Origin: Isurus oxyrinchus
Taxonomy: Eukaryota
NCBI GenBank assembly: GCA_026770705.1
Contig: JANJGN010000009.1
Location: 163,184,001 to 163,248,000, forward strand
Direction of reading: 5' to 3'
Length of the DNA: 64,000 bases
Of the stretch, positions 24,001 through 39,200 are shown piece by piece. The first letter of the stretch is position 1. Each line of letters opens with the position of its first letter. A program made the translations under genes and the position numbers. A model generated the notes under the pieces. It had not been told where the DNA came from, searched no databases, and saw only the letters and a program-made list of their open reading frames with translations.

Positions 24001-27000
24001 TACCTGGGCAGTGGCATTGAGCGATGGGTGTATATGAACAAACTAGTCACTTTGCTCCTCCACAACATCTAGCCTCTACCAGTAAGAAATCATTCTGACT
24101 TGTCCTTCTCAAAGTTGATGAACTCACCACTTCCCTACATTGAGCTCCATCTGCCATAGATTTGTCCATTCATTTTGTCTATGTCCTTGTGTAACATCCG
24201 GTTTCCATCCAAATTTACAATCTAGATCAGGAGGATGATCCTCTCTGTAATGTTATTGCCTTTGCTGTGAAGATGATAATTCACTCCAGCGGCACCAGTT
24301 TTTTTTATTATTCATTCACGGGATGTGGGCTTCGTTGGCTGGGCCATCATTTTATTGCCCATCCCTAGCTACCCTTGAGAAGGTGGTGGTGAGCTGCCTT
24401 CTTGAACCGCTGCAGTCCATGTGGTGTAGGTACATCCACAGTGCTGTTAGGAATGGAGTTCCAGGATTTTGACCCAGTGATAGTGAAGGAACGGCGATAT
24501 ATTTCCAAGTCAGGATGGTGAGTGACTTGGAGGGGAACATTCAGGTGGTGGTGTTCCCACCTCTCTGCTGCCCATGCCCTTTTAGATGGTAGTGGTAGTG
24601 GATTTGAAAGGTGCTGTTGAAGGAGCCTTGGTGAATTCCTGCAGTGCATCTTGTAGCTGGTACATGCTGCTGCTACTGTGCGTCGTAGGTGCAGGGAGTG
24701 AATATTTGTGGATGTGATGCCAATCAAGTGGGCTGCTTTGTCCTGGACTGTCAAGCTTCTCGTGGGAGCTGCACTCATCCAGGCAAGTGGGGAGTATTCC
24801 ATCACACTCTTGATTTTTGCTTTGTAGATGGTGGACAGGCTTTGGGGAGTCAGGAAGTGGGTTACTCGCCAATTCCTACGGCAACTCCTACTCCTCAATT
24901 AGAAATGAAACACTTGTCATATGGAATTTTGCAACTGAGATTGAGGCTGTTTGGCCAGGGAGTGCTTCACATAAACTCAGCTGACACCTCAACACCGTAC
25001 AGAGATCGTGCTCTATTACCAGATGAAATGTTATCTGAGAGTCCAAACTGTTTGTTCAGGTACCAAATGTGGCCATGACGCTACTTGAGCAACAGCAGAG
25101 GAATTGGCTCAGTGTCCTGGCTGAAACAGGTTATCTCGTCATTTAGCTCCTTTGCTGTTTTTTCTGTGTCCATATTGTCTGTCATTTTTGCCAAAATAAT
25201 AACAGTAACACTTCAAAACTAACCTCTTGAATGTAGCTTGAAATGTCTTTAAGCCAAGAAAAGCGTGAAACTATAGAAACATTCCTTGAAGCCTTAAGTG
25301 AAACTTTCATTTAGCTGTGGACTTATCCTAGACTGATACTACTGATCGCTTCTCGATAGATGCAGCTACAACAAGGATTAACTAACCCAATGCCATCTAG
25401 AATCTTGACCTGGCAAATGGAGTTTAATGTGGGAAAATGTGGAATTGTCCATTTTGGCAGGAAGATTAAAAAAGAAGAAAATGATCTGAATGGTGAGAGA
25501 TTACAGAGCTCTGAGATGCAGAGGGAGCTGGGTGTTTTAGCGCATGAATTCTAAAAGGTTAGTATGCAGCGACAGCAAGTAATTAGAAAAGCTAATAGAA
25601 TGTTTACAAGAATGTAGCCAGGGTTAGAAAAGTGTAGCTATGAGGAGAGATTGGATAGGTTGGGGTTATTTTCCTTAGAACAAAGAAAGCTGAAAGGTGA
25701 TTTGATTGACAAAATTATGATGGGAATAGATAGAGTGGACAGGATAAAGTTGTTTCCCTTGGTGGAGAATTCTAGAACCAGGAGACATAGATTCAAGATA
25801 AGTGGCAGAAGGTGTAGGGGGGACAGGAGGAGCAACTTTTTTACGCAGAGAGTGTGGGTGTCTGGAATTCGCTGCCCAAGTTGGTGGTAGAGGCAGAAAC
25901 TCTAAACTCTTTTAAAAAGCACCTGGATCTGCACCTAAAGTGCTGTAAGCTGCTGGGCTATGGGTCGGGTGCAGGAAGGTGGGATTAGAAAAGGCAACTG
26001 GGTGTCCTCGGGCTGGCATGGACAAGATGTGCTGAATGGCCTCCTTCTGTGCTGTAACCTTTCTAAGGTTCTATGGTTCTGATGATTTTCTTTATTTTGA
26101 GGGAATTGAGTACAGGGAGGTTATGCTTCAGTTATACAGGCCGTTGGTGAGACCCACATTTGGAGTACATTGTACCGTATTGGTTTCCTTATTTAAGGAA
26201 GGATGTAAATGCGTTGGAAGCAATTCACTGGTCAACTAGGCTAACACCTGGAATGGACCGGTTGTCTTATGAGGAAATGTTGGACAGGTTTGGCTTGTAT
26301 CCACTGGAATTTAGAAGAGTAAGAGGCAACTTGATTGAAACATGAGGGATATTGAAAGGGTGACAATTCATTAAATCCTGAACGCCAGCGCATGTACAGT
26401 TACTTCCAGCAGTGACATCATTTAAATATGTATTTGATACTTGAACTGCTTTCTATTACGAGGGTGGTGCCTCTTTGACCATTAACAGAAATCCTCTTAT
26501 TTCAGCTTTCTTTCCTATTATTTTAACACTTCAGCTGAAGTTGACAAAATAGAAAAGGCTTGCATTTCTGTTGTGCTTTTCCCGACTAATGGACATCTCC
26601 AAGTGCTTTACAGCCAACAAAGTACTTTTGAAGTGTATTCACTGTTGTAATGTAGGAAATGCAGCAGCCAATTTCTGCACAGCCAGCTCCCACAAACACC
26701 AATGCGACACTGGCCACATAACCTGCTTTTTTTATGCCGATTGAGGATATGTCCCAGGACACCAGGGATAATTCCTCTGCTCTGCTTTGAAGAGTGCCCT
26801 GGGATCTCTTACATCCACTCGAACAGGATGATGGGGCCTGAGGGTTTAATGTCTCATCCAGAATATGGCACCTATGACGGTGTAGCACTCGCTCAGTGCT
26901 GCTCTGGATTGTCAGCTTTGATTTTTGCTGTTTAGTGGGTGAACCTTGTGATTCAGAGAGGAGAGTAGCACCTAGTGAGCCACAACTTGTAGTTAAAGAG

Positions 27001-27027
27001 ATCAATGCATGACAAAGTAAATGTAAT

Positions 27028-27190
27028 AAAGACAAAACAAAACTGCGGATGCTGGAAATTCAAAACAAAAAAAGACAAAAACAAAAACAAAAACAAAAAT
27101 TCAAGTTCAAGTTCTGTTGAAGGGTCATGAGGACTCGAAACGTCAACTCTTTTCTTCTCCGCCGATGCTGCCAGACCTGCTGAGTTTTTT
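27028..27190. mobile_element. Short Penelope pseudo-LTR insertion with an inverted 5' piece, unit 7
   Basis: An inverted tail (AAAACTGCGGATGCTGGAA) is followed by the sense hammerhead segment. Perfect 15-bp TSD CAAAGTAAATGTAAT. Confidence 0.88.
27109..27149 (+). ncRNA. Minimal type I hammerhead-like motif of the Penelope pseudo-LTR (also ~5928, ~14929, ~40883, ~59839 on +; ~55492, ~61252 on -)
   Basis: AGTT-CTGTTGA-A-GGGTC-atgag-GACTC-GAAA-CG-TC-AACT: stem I AGTT/AACT, stem II, GAAA and a rudimentary palindromic stem III. Confidence 0.7.
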
Positions 27191-30100
27191 CAAAGTAAAT
27201 GTAATGTTGGTCCTATTCCAGCCTGACTGGAGTGTTGTTTCATTACTGTCTGGGAATTACAATATTAAAGTTATTGTTGAGCTGGTGTCTTAATTTGCTT
27301 CCAAATATAACTTTTGACCTTTTGGCTCTTGGTCATTAATCTATTAATGTTTAGAATTATAGCAGCGCTGTTTTAATAAGCATTCCCACAATGTACTCTG
27401 GTAACTGAATTGTTAAAATGGAAAGTTTCTTGCATTGATTTTTTAAAAATATTTTTGGTGTGAGGAAGCAAAGTACATTTACCATCCACTTTGACTGTGT
27501 GTGAAAATGCTTCAAACAAAACAAGCAAGAGATGACTGGTGTAAAAGGAGGACAAGAGGGTGTGAGGGGAGGGCAGTGGCAGTCATGGAGTGGGTGATTG
27601 AGACTGGGATGCTTGTGTTAATACCAGAATGATTTAGCCCCACAATGTGGTTCCACCCAACATTTCAGCCTTTTAGCCTTTTCCTGACAGCCGAGTTTGC
27701 TGGAATCTATGCCTTCCGTATGGATTCACAGGCACGGCAGCTACATGTGTAGCAAGGGCCCCCTCTGCAGTTGTAGCATCATAAACTCAGCCTTTTAGAT
27801 ATTGCCCTCCTGTACTGGAATCACAAGCAGTTTCTCTGCATCTACCTGTATTACATCGAATCCCTGAATAATTTTAAATAGCTCAGTCAACTCACCCATG
27901 AACTTTCCAAGCTCGAGGGAACGCAAGCCACATTTACACAATCAAGCTTCACAATTTAACCCTTTAAGCCCTGCAATCATGCTGGTGAATTGACACTCTT
28001 CTCCTTCCAAAGGCAACATTCCTACCTGAGGCTCGATGTCCAAAGCTGGATACAGTATTCCAGAACAGATCCCTCCGAGACTCTGTACAACTGAAATATC
28101 ATTTCCTCATTCTGGAATTTCAATCCCCTTAAAGTAAAAGATAATGTTCCATGAACCTTTTAGATTATTTCCTGTACCTGGGCAGTGGCATTGAGCGATG
28201 GGTGTATATGGACAAACTAGTCACTTTGCTCCTCCACAACATGTAGCCTCTCACCATGAAGTAATCATTCTGACTTGTCCTTCTCAAAGTTGATGAACTC
28301 ACCACTTCCCTACATTGAACTCCATCTGCCATAGATTTGTCCATTCATTTTGTCTATGTCCTTGTGTAACATCCGGTTTCCATCCCAATTTACAATCTAG
28401 ATCAGGAGGATGATCCTCTCTGTAATGTTATTGCCTTTGCTGTGAAGATGATAATTCACTCCCGCGGCACCAGTTTTTTTTTATTATTCATTCACGGGTT
28501 GTGGGCATCACTGGTTGGGCCAGCATTTATTGCCCATCCCTGGTTGCCCTTGAGTAGGCGGTGGTGAGCTGCCTTCTTGCACTGCTGCAGTCCATGTAGG
28601 TACACCCACAGTACTGTTAGGAAGGGAGTTCCAGGATTTTGACCCAGTGACAGTGAAGGAACAGCAATATAGTTCCAAGTCAGGATGGTGAGTGACTTGG
28701 AGGGGATCCTCCAGGTGATAGTGTTCCCATCTATCTGCTGCCCTTGTATTTCTAGATGGTAGTTGGCATGGGTTTGGAAGGTGCTGTTGAAGGAGCCTTG
28801 GTGAATTCCAACAGTGCACCTTGTAGACGGTAAACACTGCTGCTATTGTGCGTCGGAAGTGGAGGGAGTGAATATTTGTGGATGTGATGCCAGTCAAGTG
28901 GGCTGCTTTGTCCTGGACTGTCAAGCTTCTTGTGGGAGCTGCACTGATCTAGGAAAGTGGGTAGTATTCCATCACACTCTTGACTTTTGCCTTGAGGATG
29001 GTGGACAGGCTTTGGGGAGTCAGGAGGTGGGTTACACGTCAATTCTTATGGCAACTCTTACTCCTCAATTAGAAATGAAACAATTGTCATATGGAATTCT
29101 GCAACTGAGATTAAGGCTGTATGGCCAGGGAGTGCTTCACATAACCTCAGGTGACACCTCAACACCGTATAGAGATCGTGCTCCATTGCCAGAAGAAATG
29201 TTATCTGAGAGTGCAAACTGTTTGTTCAGGTACCAAATGTGGCCATGACGCTACTTGAGGAACAGCAGAGGAATTGGCTCAGTGTCCTGGCTGAAACAGG
29301 TTATCTCGTCATTTAGCTCCTTTGCTGTTTTTTCTGTGTCCATATTGTCTGTGATTTTTGCCAAAATAATAACAGTATCACTTCAAAACTAACTTCTTGA
29401 GTGTAGCTTGAAATGTCTTTAAGACAATAAAAATGTAAAACTATAGAAACCTTCCTTGAAGCCTAAAGTGAAACTTTCATTTAGCTGTGGACTTATCCTA
29501 GACTGAAACTACTGATCGCTTCTCGATAGATGCAGCTGCAACAAGGATTAACAAGCCAATGCCATCTAGAATCTTAACCTGGCAAATGGAGTTTCATGTG
29601 GGAAAATGTGGAATTGTCCATTTTGGCAGGAAGAATAAAAAAGAAGAAAATGATCTGAATGGTGAGAGATTACAGAGCTCTGAGATGCAGAGGGAGCTGG
29701 GTGTTTTAGCGCATGAATTCTAAAAGGTTAGTATGCAGCGACAGCAAGTAATTAGGAAAGTTAATAGAATGTTTACAAGAATGTAGCCAGGGTTAGAAAA
29801 GTGTAGCTACGAGGAGAGATTGGATAGGTTGGGGTTATTTTCCTTAGAACAAAGAAAGCTGAGAGGTGATTTGATTGACAAAATTACAATGGGAATAGAT
29901 AGAGTGGACAGGATAAAGTTGTTTCCCTTGGTGGAGAATTCTAGAACCAGGAGACATAGATTCAAGATAAGTGGCAGAAGCTGTAGGGGGGACAGGAGGA
30001 GCAACTTTTTTACGCAGAGAGTTGTGGGTGTCTGGAATTCGCTGCCCAAGTTGGTGGTAGAGGCAGAAACCCTAAACTCTTTTAAAAAGCATCTGGATCT

Positions 30101-30530
30101 GCACCTAAAGTGCTGTAAGCTGCTGGGCTATGGGCCGGGTGCAGGAAGGTGGGATTAGAAAATGCAACTGGGTGACCTTGGGCTGGCATGGACAAGATGT
30201 GCTGAATGGCCTCCTTCTGTGCTGTAACCTTTCTAAGGTCCTATGGTTCTAATGATTTTCTTTATTTTGAGGGAATTGAGTACAGGGAGGTTATGCTTCA
30301 GTTATACAGGCCGTTGGTGAGACCCACATTTGGAGTACATTGTACCGTATTGGTTTCCTTATTTAAGGAAGGATGTAAATGCGTTGGAAGCAGTTCACTG
30401 GTCAACTAGGCTAATACCTGGAATGGACAGGTTGTCTTATGAGGAAATGTTGGACAGGTTTGGCTTGTATCCACTGGAATTTAGAAGAGTAAGAGGCGAC
30501 TTGATTGAAACATGAGGGATATTGAAAGGG

Positions 30531-31559
30531 TGTCAATTCATTAAATCCCGAACGCCAGCGCATGTGCAGATACTTCCAGCAGTGACATCATTTAAATATG
30601 TATTTGATACTTGAACTGCTTTCTATTACGAGGGTGGTGCCTCTTTGACCATTAACAGAAATCCTCTTATTTCAGCTTTCTTTCCTATTATTTTAACACT
30701 TCAGCTGAAGTTGACAAAATAGAAAAGGCTTGCATTTCTATCATGCTTTTCCCGACTAATGGACATCTCCAAGTGCTTTACAGACAATGAAGTACTTTTG
30801 AAGTGTATTCACTGTTGTAATGTAGGAAATGCAGCAGCCAATTTCTGCACAGCCAGCTCCCACAAACACCAATGTGGCACTGGCCACATAACCTGCTTTT
30901 TTTATGCCGATTGAGGATATGTCCCAGGACACCAGGGATAATTCCTCTGCTCTGCTTTGAAGAGTGCCCTGGGATCTCTCACATCCACTCGAACAGGATG
31001 ATGGGGCCTGAGGGTTTAATGTCTCATCCAGAATATGACGGTGTAGTGCTTGTCTGGAATTCGCTGCCCAAGTTGATGGTAGAGGCAGAAACTTTAAACT
31101 CTTTTAAAAAGTACCTGGATCTGCACCTAAAGTGCTGTAAGCTGCAGGGCTATGGGCCGGGTGCAGGAAGGTGGGATTAGAAAAGGCACCTGGGTGTCCT
31201 CGGGCTGGCATGGACAAGATGCGCCGAATGGCCTCCTTCTGTGCTGTAACATTTCCATTGTTCTATGGTTCTAATGTTATTGTTTATTTTGAGGGGAATT
31301 GAGTACAAAAGTAGGGAGGTTATGCTTCAGTTATACAAGGCGTTGGTGAGACCAACATTTGGAGTACTTTGTACCGTATTGGTTTCCTTATTTAAGGAAG
31401 GATGTAAATGCGTTGGAAGCAGTTCACAGGTCTACTAGGCTAATACCTGGAATGGACAGGTTGTCTTATGAGGAAATGTTGGACAGGTTTGGCTTGTATC
31501 CACTGGAATTTAGAAGAGTAAGAGGCGACTTGATTGAAACATGAGGGATATTGAAAGGG
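30531..31559 (+). repeat. Internally deleted unit 8 (~3 kb missing)
   Basis: The SINE sequence (GACGGTGTAG) is joined directly to CR1 (TGTCTGGAATTCGCTGCCC) at ~31046-31051. Confidence 0.92.
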
Positions 31560-34500
31560 TGTCAATTCATTAAATCCGGAACGCCAGAACATGTGCAGTT
31601 ACTTCCAGCAGTGACATCATTTAAATATGTATTTTATACTTGAACTGCTTTCTATTACGAGGGTGGTGCCTCTTTGACCATTAACAGAAATCCTCTTATT
31701 TCAGCTTTCATTCCTAACATTTTAACATTTCAGCAGAAGTTGCCAAAATATAAAAGGCTTGCATTTCTATAGTGTTTTTCCCGACTAATGGACATCTCCA
31801 AGTGCTTTACAGCCAATGAAGTACATTTGAAGTGTATTCACTGTTGTAATGTCGTAAATGCAGCAGCCAATTTCTGCACAGCCAGCTCCCACAAACACCA
31901 ATGCGACACTTATGCCGATTGAGGTTATGTCCCAGGACACCAGGGATAATTCCTCTGCTCTGCTTTGAAGAGTACCCTGGGATCTCTTACATCCTTTCGA
32001 ACAGGATGATGGGGCCTGAGGGTTTAATGTCTCATCCAAAATGTGGCACCTATGACGGTGTAGCACTCGCTCAGTGCATCTCTGGATTGTCAGCTTTGAT
32101 TTTTGCCGTTATAGTGGGTGAACCTTGTGAATCAGAGAGGAGAGTAGCACCAATTGAGCCACAACTTGTAGTTAAAGAGATCAATGCGTGACAAAGTAAA
32201 TGTAATGTTGGTCCTACTCCAGCCTGACTGGAGTGTTGTTTCATTACTGTCTGGGAATTACAATATTAAAGTTATTGTTGAGCTGGTGTCTAAATTTTGC
32301 TTCCAAATATAACTTTTGACCTTTTGGCTCATGGTCATTAATATATTAATGTTTAGAATTATAGCAGAGCTGTTTTAATAAGCATTCCCTCAATGTACTC
32401 GGGTAACTGAACTGTTAAAATGGAAAGTTTCTAGCATTGATTTTTTAAAAATATTTTTGGTGTGAGGAAGCAAAGTACATTTACCATCCACTTTGACTGT
32501 GTGTGAAAGTGCTTCAAACAAAGCTAGCAAGAGATGACTGGTGTAAAAGGAGGACAGGGGGTGTGAGGGGAGGGCAGTGGGAGTCATGGAGAGGGAGATT
32601 GAGACTGGGTTGCTTGTGTTAATACCAAAATGTTTTAGCCCCACAGTGTGGTTCCACCCAACATTTCAGCCTTTTAGCCTTTTCCTGACAGCCGAGTTTG
32701 CTGGAATCTATGCCTTCCGTATGGATTCACAGACACGGCAGCTACATGTGTAGCAAGGGCCCCCTCTGCAGTTGCAGCATCATAAACTCAGCCTTTTAGA
32801 TATTGCCCTCCTGTACTGGAATCACAAGCAGTTTCTCTGCATCCACCTGTAATACACGCATCCCTGAATAATTTTAATTAGCTCAGTCACCTCACCCTTG
32901 AGCTTTCTAAGCTCAAGGGAATACAAGCCACGTTTACACAATCAAGCTTCTGAATTTAACCCTTTAAACCCTGGAATCATTCTGGTGAATTGACACTCTT
33001 CTCCTTCCAAAGGCAACATTCCTACCTGAGGCTCGATGTCCAAAGCTGGATACAGAATTCCAGAACAGATCCCTGGGAGACTCTGTACAACTGAAATATC
33101 AATTCCTCATTTTGGAATTTCAATCCCCTTAAAGTAATAGCCAATGTTCCATGAACCTTTTAGATTATTTCCTGTACCTATGCAGTGGAGTTTAGCGATG
33201 GGTGTATATGGACAAACTAGTCACTTTGCTCCTCTACAACATCTAGCCTCTCACCATTAAGAAATCATTCTGATGTGTCCTTCTTAGATTCAAAGTCGAT
33301 GAACTCACCACTTCCCTACATTGAACTCCATCTGCCATAGATTTGTTCATTCACTTTGTCTATGTCCTTGTGTAACTTCTGGTTTCAATCCCAATTTACA
33401 ATCTAGATCAGGAGGATGATCCTCTCTGTAATGTTATTGCCTTTGCTGTGAAGATGATAATTCACTCCAGAGGCACCAGTTTTTTTTTATTATTCATTCA
33501 CGAGATGTGGGCTTTGCTGGCTGGGCCATCATTTTATTGCCCATCCCTAGCTACCCTGGAGAAGGCGGTGGTGAGGTGCCTTCTTGCACCGCAGCAGTCC
33601 ATGTGGTGTAGGTACAACCAGAGTGCTGTTAGGAATGGAGTTCCAGGATTTTGACCCAGTGACAGTGAAAGAACAGCAATATAGTTCCAAGTCAGGATGG
33701 TGAGTGACTTGGAGGGGAACTTCCCACCTCTCTGCTGTCCTTGTCCTTCTATATGGTAGTGGTCATTGGTTTGAAAGGCGCTGTTGAAGGAGCCTTGGTG
33801 AATTTATGCAATGCATCTTGTAGATGGTACATGCTGCTGCTACTGCGCGTCGGAGGTGGTGGGAGTGATTATTTGTGGATGTGATGCCAATCAAGTGGGC
33901 TGCTTGTCCTGGACTGTCAAGCTTCTCGTGGGAGCTGCACTCATCCAGGCAAGTGGCGAGTATTCCATCACACTTGATTTTTGCCTTGTAGATGGTGGAC
34001 AGGCTTTGGGGAGTCAGGAGGTGGGTTACTCGTCAATTCCTACAGCAACTCCTACTCCTCAATTAGAAATGAAACACTTGTCATATGGAATTCTGCAACT
34101 GAGATTGAGGCTGTTTGGCCAGGGAGTGCTTCACATAAACTCAGCTGACACCTCAACACCGTACAGGGATCGTGCTCTATTGCCAGATAAAATGTTATCT
34201 GAGAGTGCAAACTGTTTGTTCAGGTACCAAATGTGGCCATGACGCTACTTGAGGAACAGCAGAGGAATTGGCTCAGTGTCCTGGCTGAAACAGGTTATCT
34301 CGTCATTTAGTTCCTTTGCTGTTTTTTCTGTGTCCATATTGTCTGTCATGTTTGCCAAAATAGTAACAGTAATATTTCAAAACTAACTTCTTGAGTGTAG
34401 CTTGAAATGTCTTTAAGACAAGAAAAACATGAAACAATAGAAATCTTCCTTGAAGCCTAAGGTGAAACTTTCATTTATCTGTGGACTTATCCTAGACTGA

Positions 34501-36198
34501 TACTACTGATCGCTTCTCGATCGATGCAGCTACAACAAGGATTAACTAACCCAATGCCATCTAGAATCTTGACCTGGCAAATGGAGTTTAATGTGGGAAA
34601 ATGTGGAATTGTCCATTTTGGCAGGAAGAATAAAAAAGAAGAAAATGATCTGAATGGTGAGAGATTACAGAGCTCTGAGATGCAGAGGGAGCTGGGTGTT
34701 TTAGCGCATGAATTCTAAAAGGTTATTATGCAGGGACAGCAAGTAATTAGGAAAGTTAATAGAATGTTTACAAGAATGTAGCCAGGGTTAGAAAAGTGTA
34801 GCTATGAGGAGAGATTGGATAGGTTGGGGTTATTTTCCTTAGAACAAAGATAGCTGAGAGGTGATTTGATTGACAAAATTACGATGGGAATAGATAGAGT
34901 GGACGGGATAAAGTTGTTTCCCTTGGTGGAGAATTCTAGAACCAGGGGAAATAGATTCAAGATAAGTGGCAGAAGGTGTAGGGGGAAATGAGGGAGAACT
35001 TTTTTACGCAGAGGGTAGTGGGTGTCTGCAACTCGCTGCCCAAGTTGGTGGTAGAGGCAGAAACTCTAAACTCTTTTAAAAATTACCTGGATCTGCCCCT
35101 AAAGTGCTGTAAGCTGCTGGGCTATGGGCCGGGTGCAGGAAGGTGGGATTAGAAAGGGCACCTGGGTTTCCTTGGGCTGGCATGGACAAGATGTGCCGAT
35201 TGGCCTCCTTCTGTGCTGTAACGTTTCTAAGGTTCTATGGTTCTAATTTTATTGTTTGTTTTGAGGGAACTGAGTACAAAAGTAGGGAGGTTATGCTTCA
35301 TTTCTACAGGGCATTTGTGAGACCCACATTTGGGGAACTTTGTACCATATTGGTTTCCTTATTTAAGGAAGGATGTAAATGCGTTGGAAGCAGTTCACAG
35401 GTCAACTAGGCTAATACCTGGAATGGACAGGTTGTCTTATGAGGAAATGTTGGACAGGTTTGGCTTGTATCGACTGGAATTTAGAAGAGTAAGAGGTGAC
35501 TTGATTGAAACATGAGGGATATTGAAAGGGTGTCAATTCATTAAATCCTGAACGCCAGCGCATGTGCAGTTACTTCCAGCAGTGACAGCATTTAAATATG
35601 TATTTTATACTTGAACTGCTTTCTATTACGAGGGTGGTGCCTCTTTGACCATTAACAGAAATCCTCTTATTTCAGCTTTCTTTCCTATTATTTTAACACT
35701 TCAGCTGAAGTTGACAAAATAGAAAAGGATTGCATTTCTATCATGCTTTTCCCAACTAATGGACATCTCCAAGTGCTTTACAGCCAACAAAGTACTTTTG
35801 AAGTGTATTCACTGTTGTAATGTAGGAAATGCAGCAGCCAATTTCTGCACAGCCAGCTCCCACAAACACCAATGTGACACTGGCCACATAACCTGCTTTT
35901 TTTATGCCGATTGAGGATATGTCCCAGGACACCAGGGATAATTCCTCTGCTCTGCTTTGAAGAGTACCCTGGGATCTCTTACATCCACTCGAACAGGATG
36001 ATGGGGCCTGAGGGTTTAATGTCTCATCCAGAATATGGCACCTATGACGGTGTAGCACTCGCTCAGTGCAGCCCCGGATTGTCAGCTTTGATTTTTGCCG
36101 TTATAGTGGGTGAATCTTGTGATTCAGAGAGGAGAGTAGCACCAATTGAGCCACAACTTGTAGTTAAAGAGATCAATGCCTGACAAAGTAAATGTAAT

Positions 36199-36229
36199 GC
36201 TGAGTTTTTCCAGGTAATTCTGTTTTTGT
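36199..36229 (+). mobile_element. 31-bp Penelope 3' remnant in unit 10
   Basis: GCTGAGTTTTTCCAGGTAATTCTGTTTTTGT lies between two copies of AAAGTAAAT(G/A)TAAT. Confidence 0.85.
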
Positions 36230-39200
36230 AAAGTAAATATAATTTTGGTCGTATCCCAGCCTGACTGGAGTGTTGTTTCATTACTGTCTGGGAATTACAA
36301 TAATAAAGTTATTGTTGAGCTGGTGTTTAAATTTTGCTTCCAAATATAACTTTTGACCTTTTGGCTCTTGGTCATTAATATATAAATGTTTAGAATTATA
36401 GCAGAGCTGTTTTAATAAGCATTCCCACAATGTACTCTGGTAACTGGATTGTAAAAATGGAAAGTTTCTAGCATTGATTTTTTTAAAATATTTTTGGTGT
36501 GAGGAAACAAAGTACATTTACCATCCACTTTGACTGTGTGTGAAAATGCTTCAGACAAAGCAAGCAAGAGATGACTGGTGTAAAAGGAGGACAGGGGGTG
36601 TGAGGGGAGGGCAGTGGGAGTCATGGAGACGGAGATTGAGACTGGGCTGCTTGTGTTAATACCAAAATGATTTAGCCCCACAGTATGGTTCCACCCAACA
36701 GTTCAGCCTTTTAGCCTTTTCCTGACAGCCGAGTTTGCTGGAATCTATGCCTTCCGTATGGATTCACAGGCACGGCAGCTACAGGTGTAGCAAGGGCCCC
36801 TCTGCAGTTGCAGCATCATAAACTCAGCCTTTTAGATATTGCCCTCCTGTACTGGAATCACAAGCAGTTTCTCTGCATCTGCCTGTATTACATCGAATCG
36901 CTGAATAATTTTAAATAGCTCAGTCAACTCACCCATGAACTTTCTAAGCTCAAGGGAATACAAGCCACATTTACGCAATCAAGCTTCTGAATTTAACCCT
37001 TTAAGCCCTGGAATCATTCTGGTGAATTGACACTCTTCTCCTTCCAAAGGCAACATTCCTACCTGAGGCTCGATGTCCAAAGCTGGATACAGAATTCCAG
37101 AGCAGATCCCTCCTAGACTCTGTACACCTGAAATATCATTTCCTCATTTTGCAATTTCAATCCCCTTAAAGTAAAAGCCAATGTTCCATGAACCTTTTAG
37201 ATTATTTCCTGTACCTATGCAGTGGAGTTTAGCGATGGGTGTATATGGACAAACTAGTCACTTTGCTCCTCCACAACATCTAGCCTCTCACCATGAAGAA
37301 ATTATTCTGATGTGTCCTTCTCAGATCCAAAGTTGATGAACTCACCACTTCCCTACATTGAGCTCCATCTGCTATAGATTTGTCCATTCATTTTGTCTAT
37401 GTCCTTGTGTAACTTCCGGTTTCCATCCCAATTTACAATCTAGATCAGAAGGATGATCCTCTCTGTAATGTTATTGCCTTTGCTGTGAAGATGATAATTC
37501 ACTCCAGTGGCACCAGTTTTTTTTTATTATTCATTCACGGAATGTGGGCTTCGTTGGCTGGACCCAGCATTTATTGCCCATCCCAAGTTGCCCTTGAGAA
37601 GGTGGTTGTGAGCTGTCTCCGTGCACTGCTGCAGTCCCTGTGGTATAAGTACAACCACAGTGCTATTAGGAAGGGAGTTCCAGGATTTTGACCCAGTGAC
37701 AGTGATGGAACGGCGATATATTTCCAAGTCAGGATGGTGAGTGACTTGGAGGGGAACCTCCAGGTGGTGGTGTTCCCATCTATCTGCCTTTATAATTCTA
37801 GATGGTAGTGGTTGTGGGTTTGGAAGGTGCTGTCGAAGGAACCTTGGTGAATTCCTGCAGTGCATCTTGTAGATGGTGCACGCTGCTGCTACTGCGCGTC
37901 GGAGGTGGAGGGAGTGAATATTTGTGGATGTGATGCCAATCAATTGGGCTGCTTTGTCCTGGACTGTCAAGCTTCTTATGGGAGCTGCACTCATCCAGGC
38001 AAGTGGGGAGTATTCCATCACACTCTTGATTTTTGCCTTGTAGATGGTGGACAAGATTTGGGGAGTCAGGAGGTGGGTTACTCGTCAATTCCTACAGCAA
38101 CTCCTACTCCTCAATTAGAAATGAAACACATGTCATATGGAATTCTGCAACTGAGATTGAGGCTGTTTGGCCAGGGAGTGCTTCACATGACCTCAGCTGA
38201 CTCCTCAACACCATACAGAGATCGTGCTCTATTGCCAGATGAAATGTTATCTGAGAGTCCAAACTGTTTGTTCAGGTACCAAATGTGGCCATGACGCTAC
38301 TTGAGGAACAGCAGAGGAATTGGCTCAGTGTCCTGGCTGAAACAGGTTATCTCGTCATTTAGCTCCTTTGCTGTTTTTTCTGTGTCCATATTGTCTGTCA
38401 TTTTTTCGAAAACAATAACAATAAAAACTAAGTTCTTGAATGTAGCTTGAAATGTCTTTAAGACAAGAAAAGTGTGAAACTATAGAAACCTTCCTTGAAA
38501 CCTTAAATGAAACTTTCATTTAGCTGTGGACTTATCCTAGACTGATACTACTGATCGCTTCTGATAGACACAGCTGCAACGAGGATTAACAAGCCCAATG
38601 CCATCTAGAATCTTAACCTGGCAGATGGCGTTTAATGTGGGAAAACGTGGAATTGTCCATTTTGGCAGGAAGAATAAAAAAGAAGAAAATTATCTGAATG
38701 GTGAGAGATTGCGGAGTTCTGAAATTCAGAGCGAGTTGGGTGTTTTAGCGCCTGAATTCTAAAAGGTTAGTGTGCAGCGACAGCAAGTAATTAGGAAAGC
38801 TAATAGAATGTTTACAAGAATGTAGCCAGGGTTTGAAAAGTGTAGCTACAAGGAGAGATTGGATCGGTTGGGGTTATTTTCCTTAGAACAAAGAAGGTGG
38901 GGAGGTGACTTGATTGAGGTGTACAAAATTATGTGGGGAATCGATAGAGTGGACAGGATAAAGTTGTTTCCCTTGGTGGAGAATTCTAGAACCAGGGAGC
39001 TTAGGTTCAAGATAAGTAGCAGAAGGTGTAGGGGGGACATGAGGAAGAACTTAGTTACGCAGAGGGTAGTGGGTGTCTGGAATTCACTGCCCAAGTTGGT
39101 GGTAGAGGCACCTAATGTGCTGTAAGCTGCAGGGCTATGGGCCGGGTGCAGGAAGGTGGGATTAGAAAGGGCACCTGGGTGTCCTCGGGCTGGCATGGAG

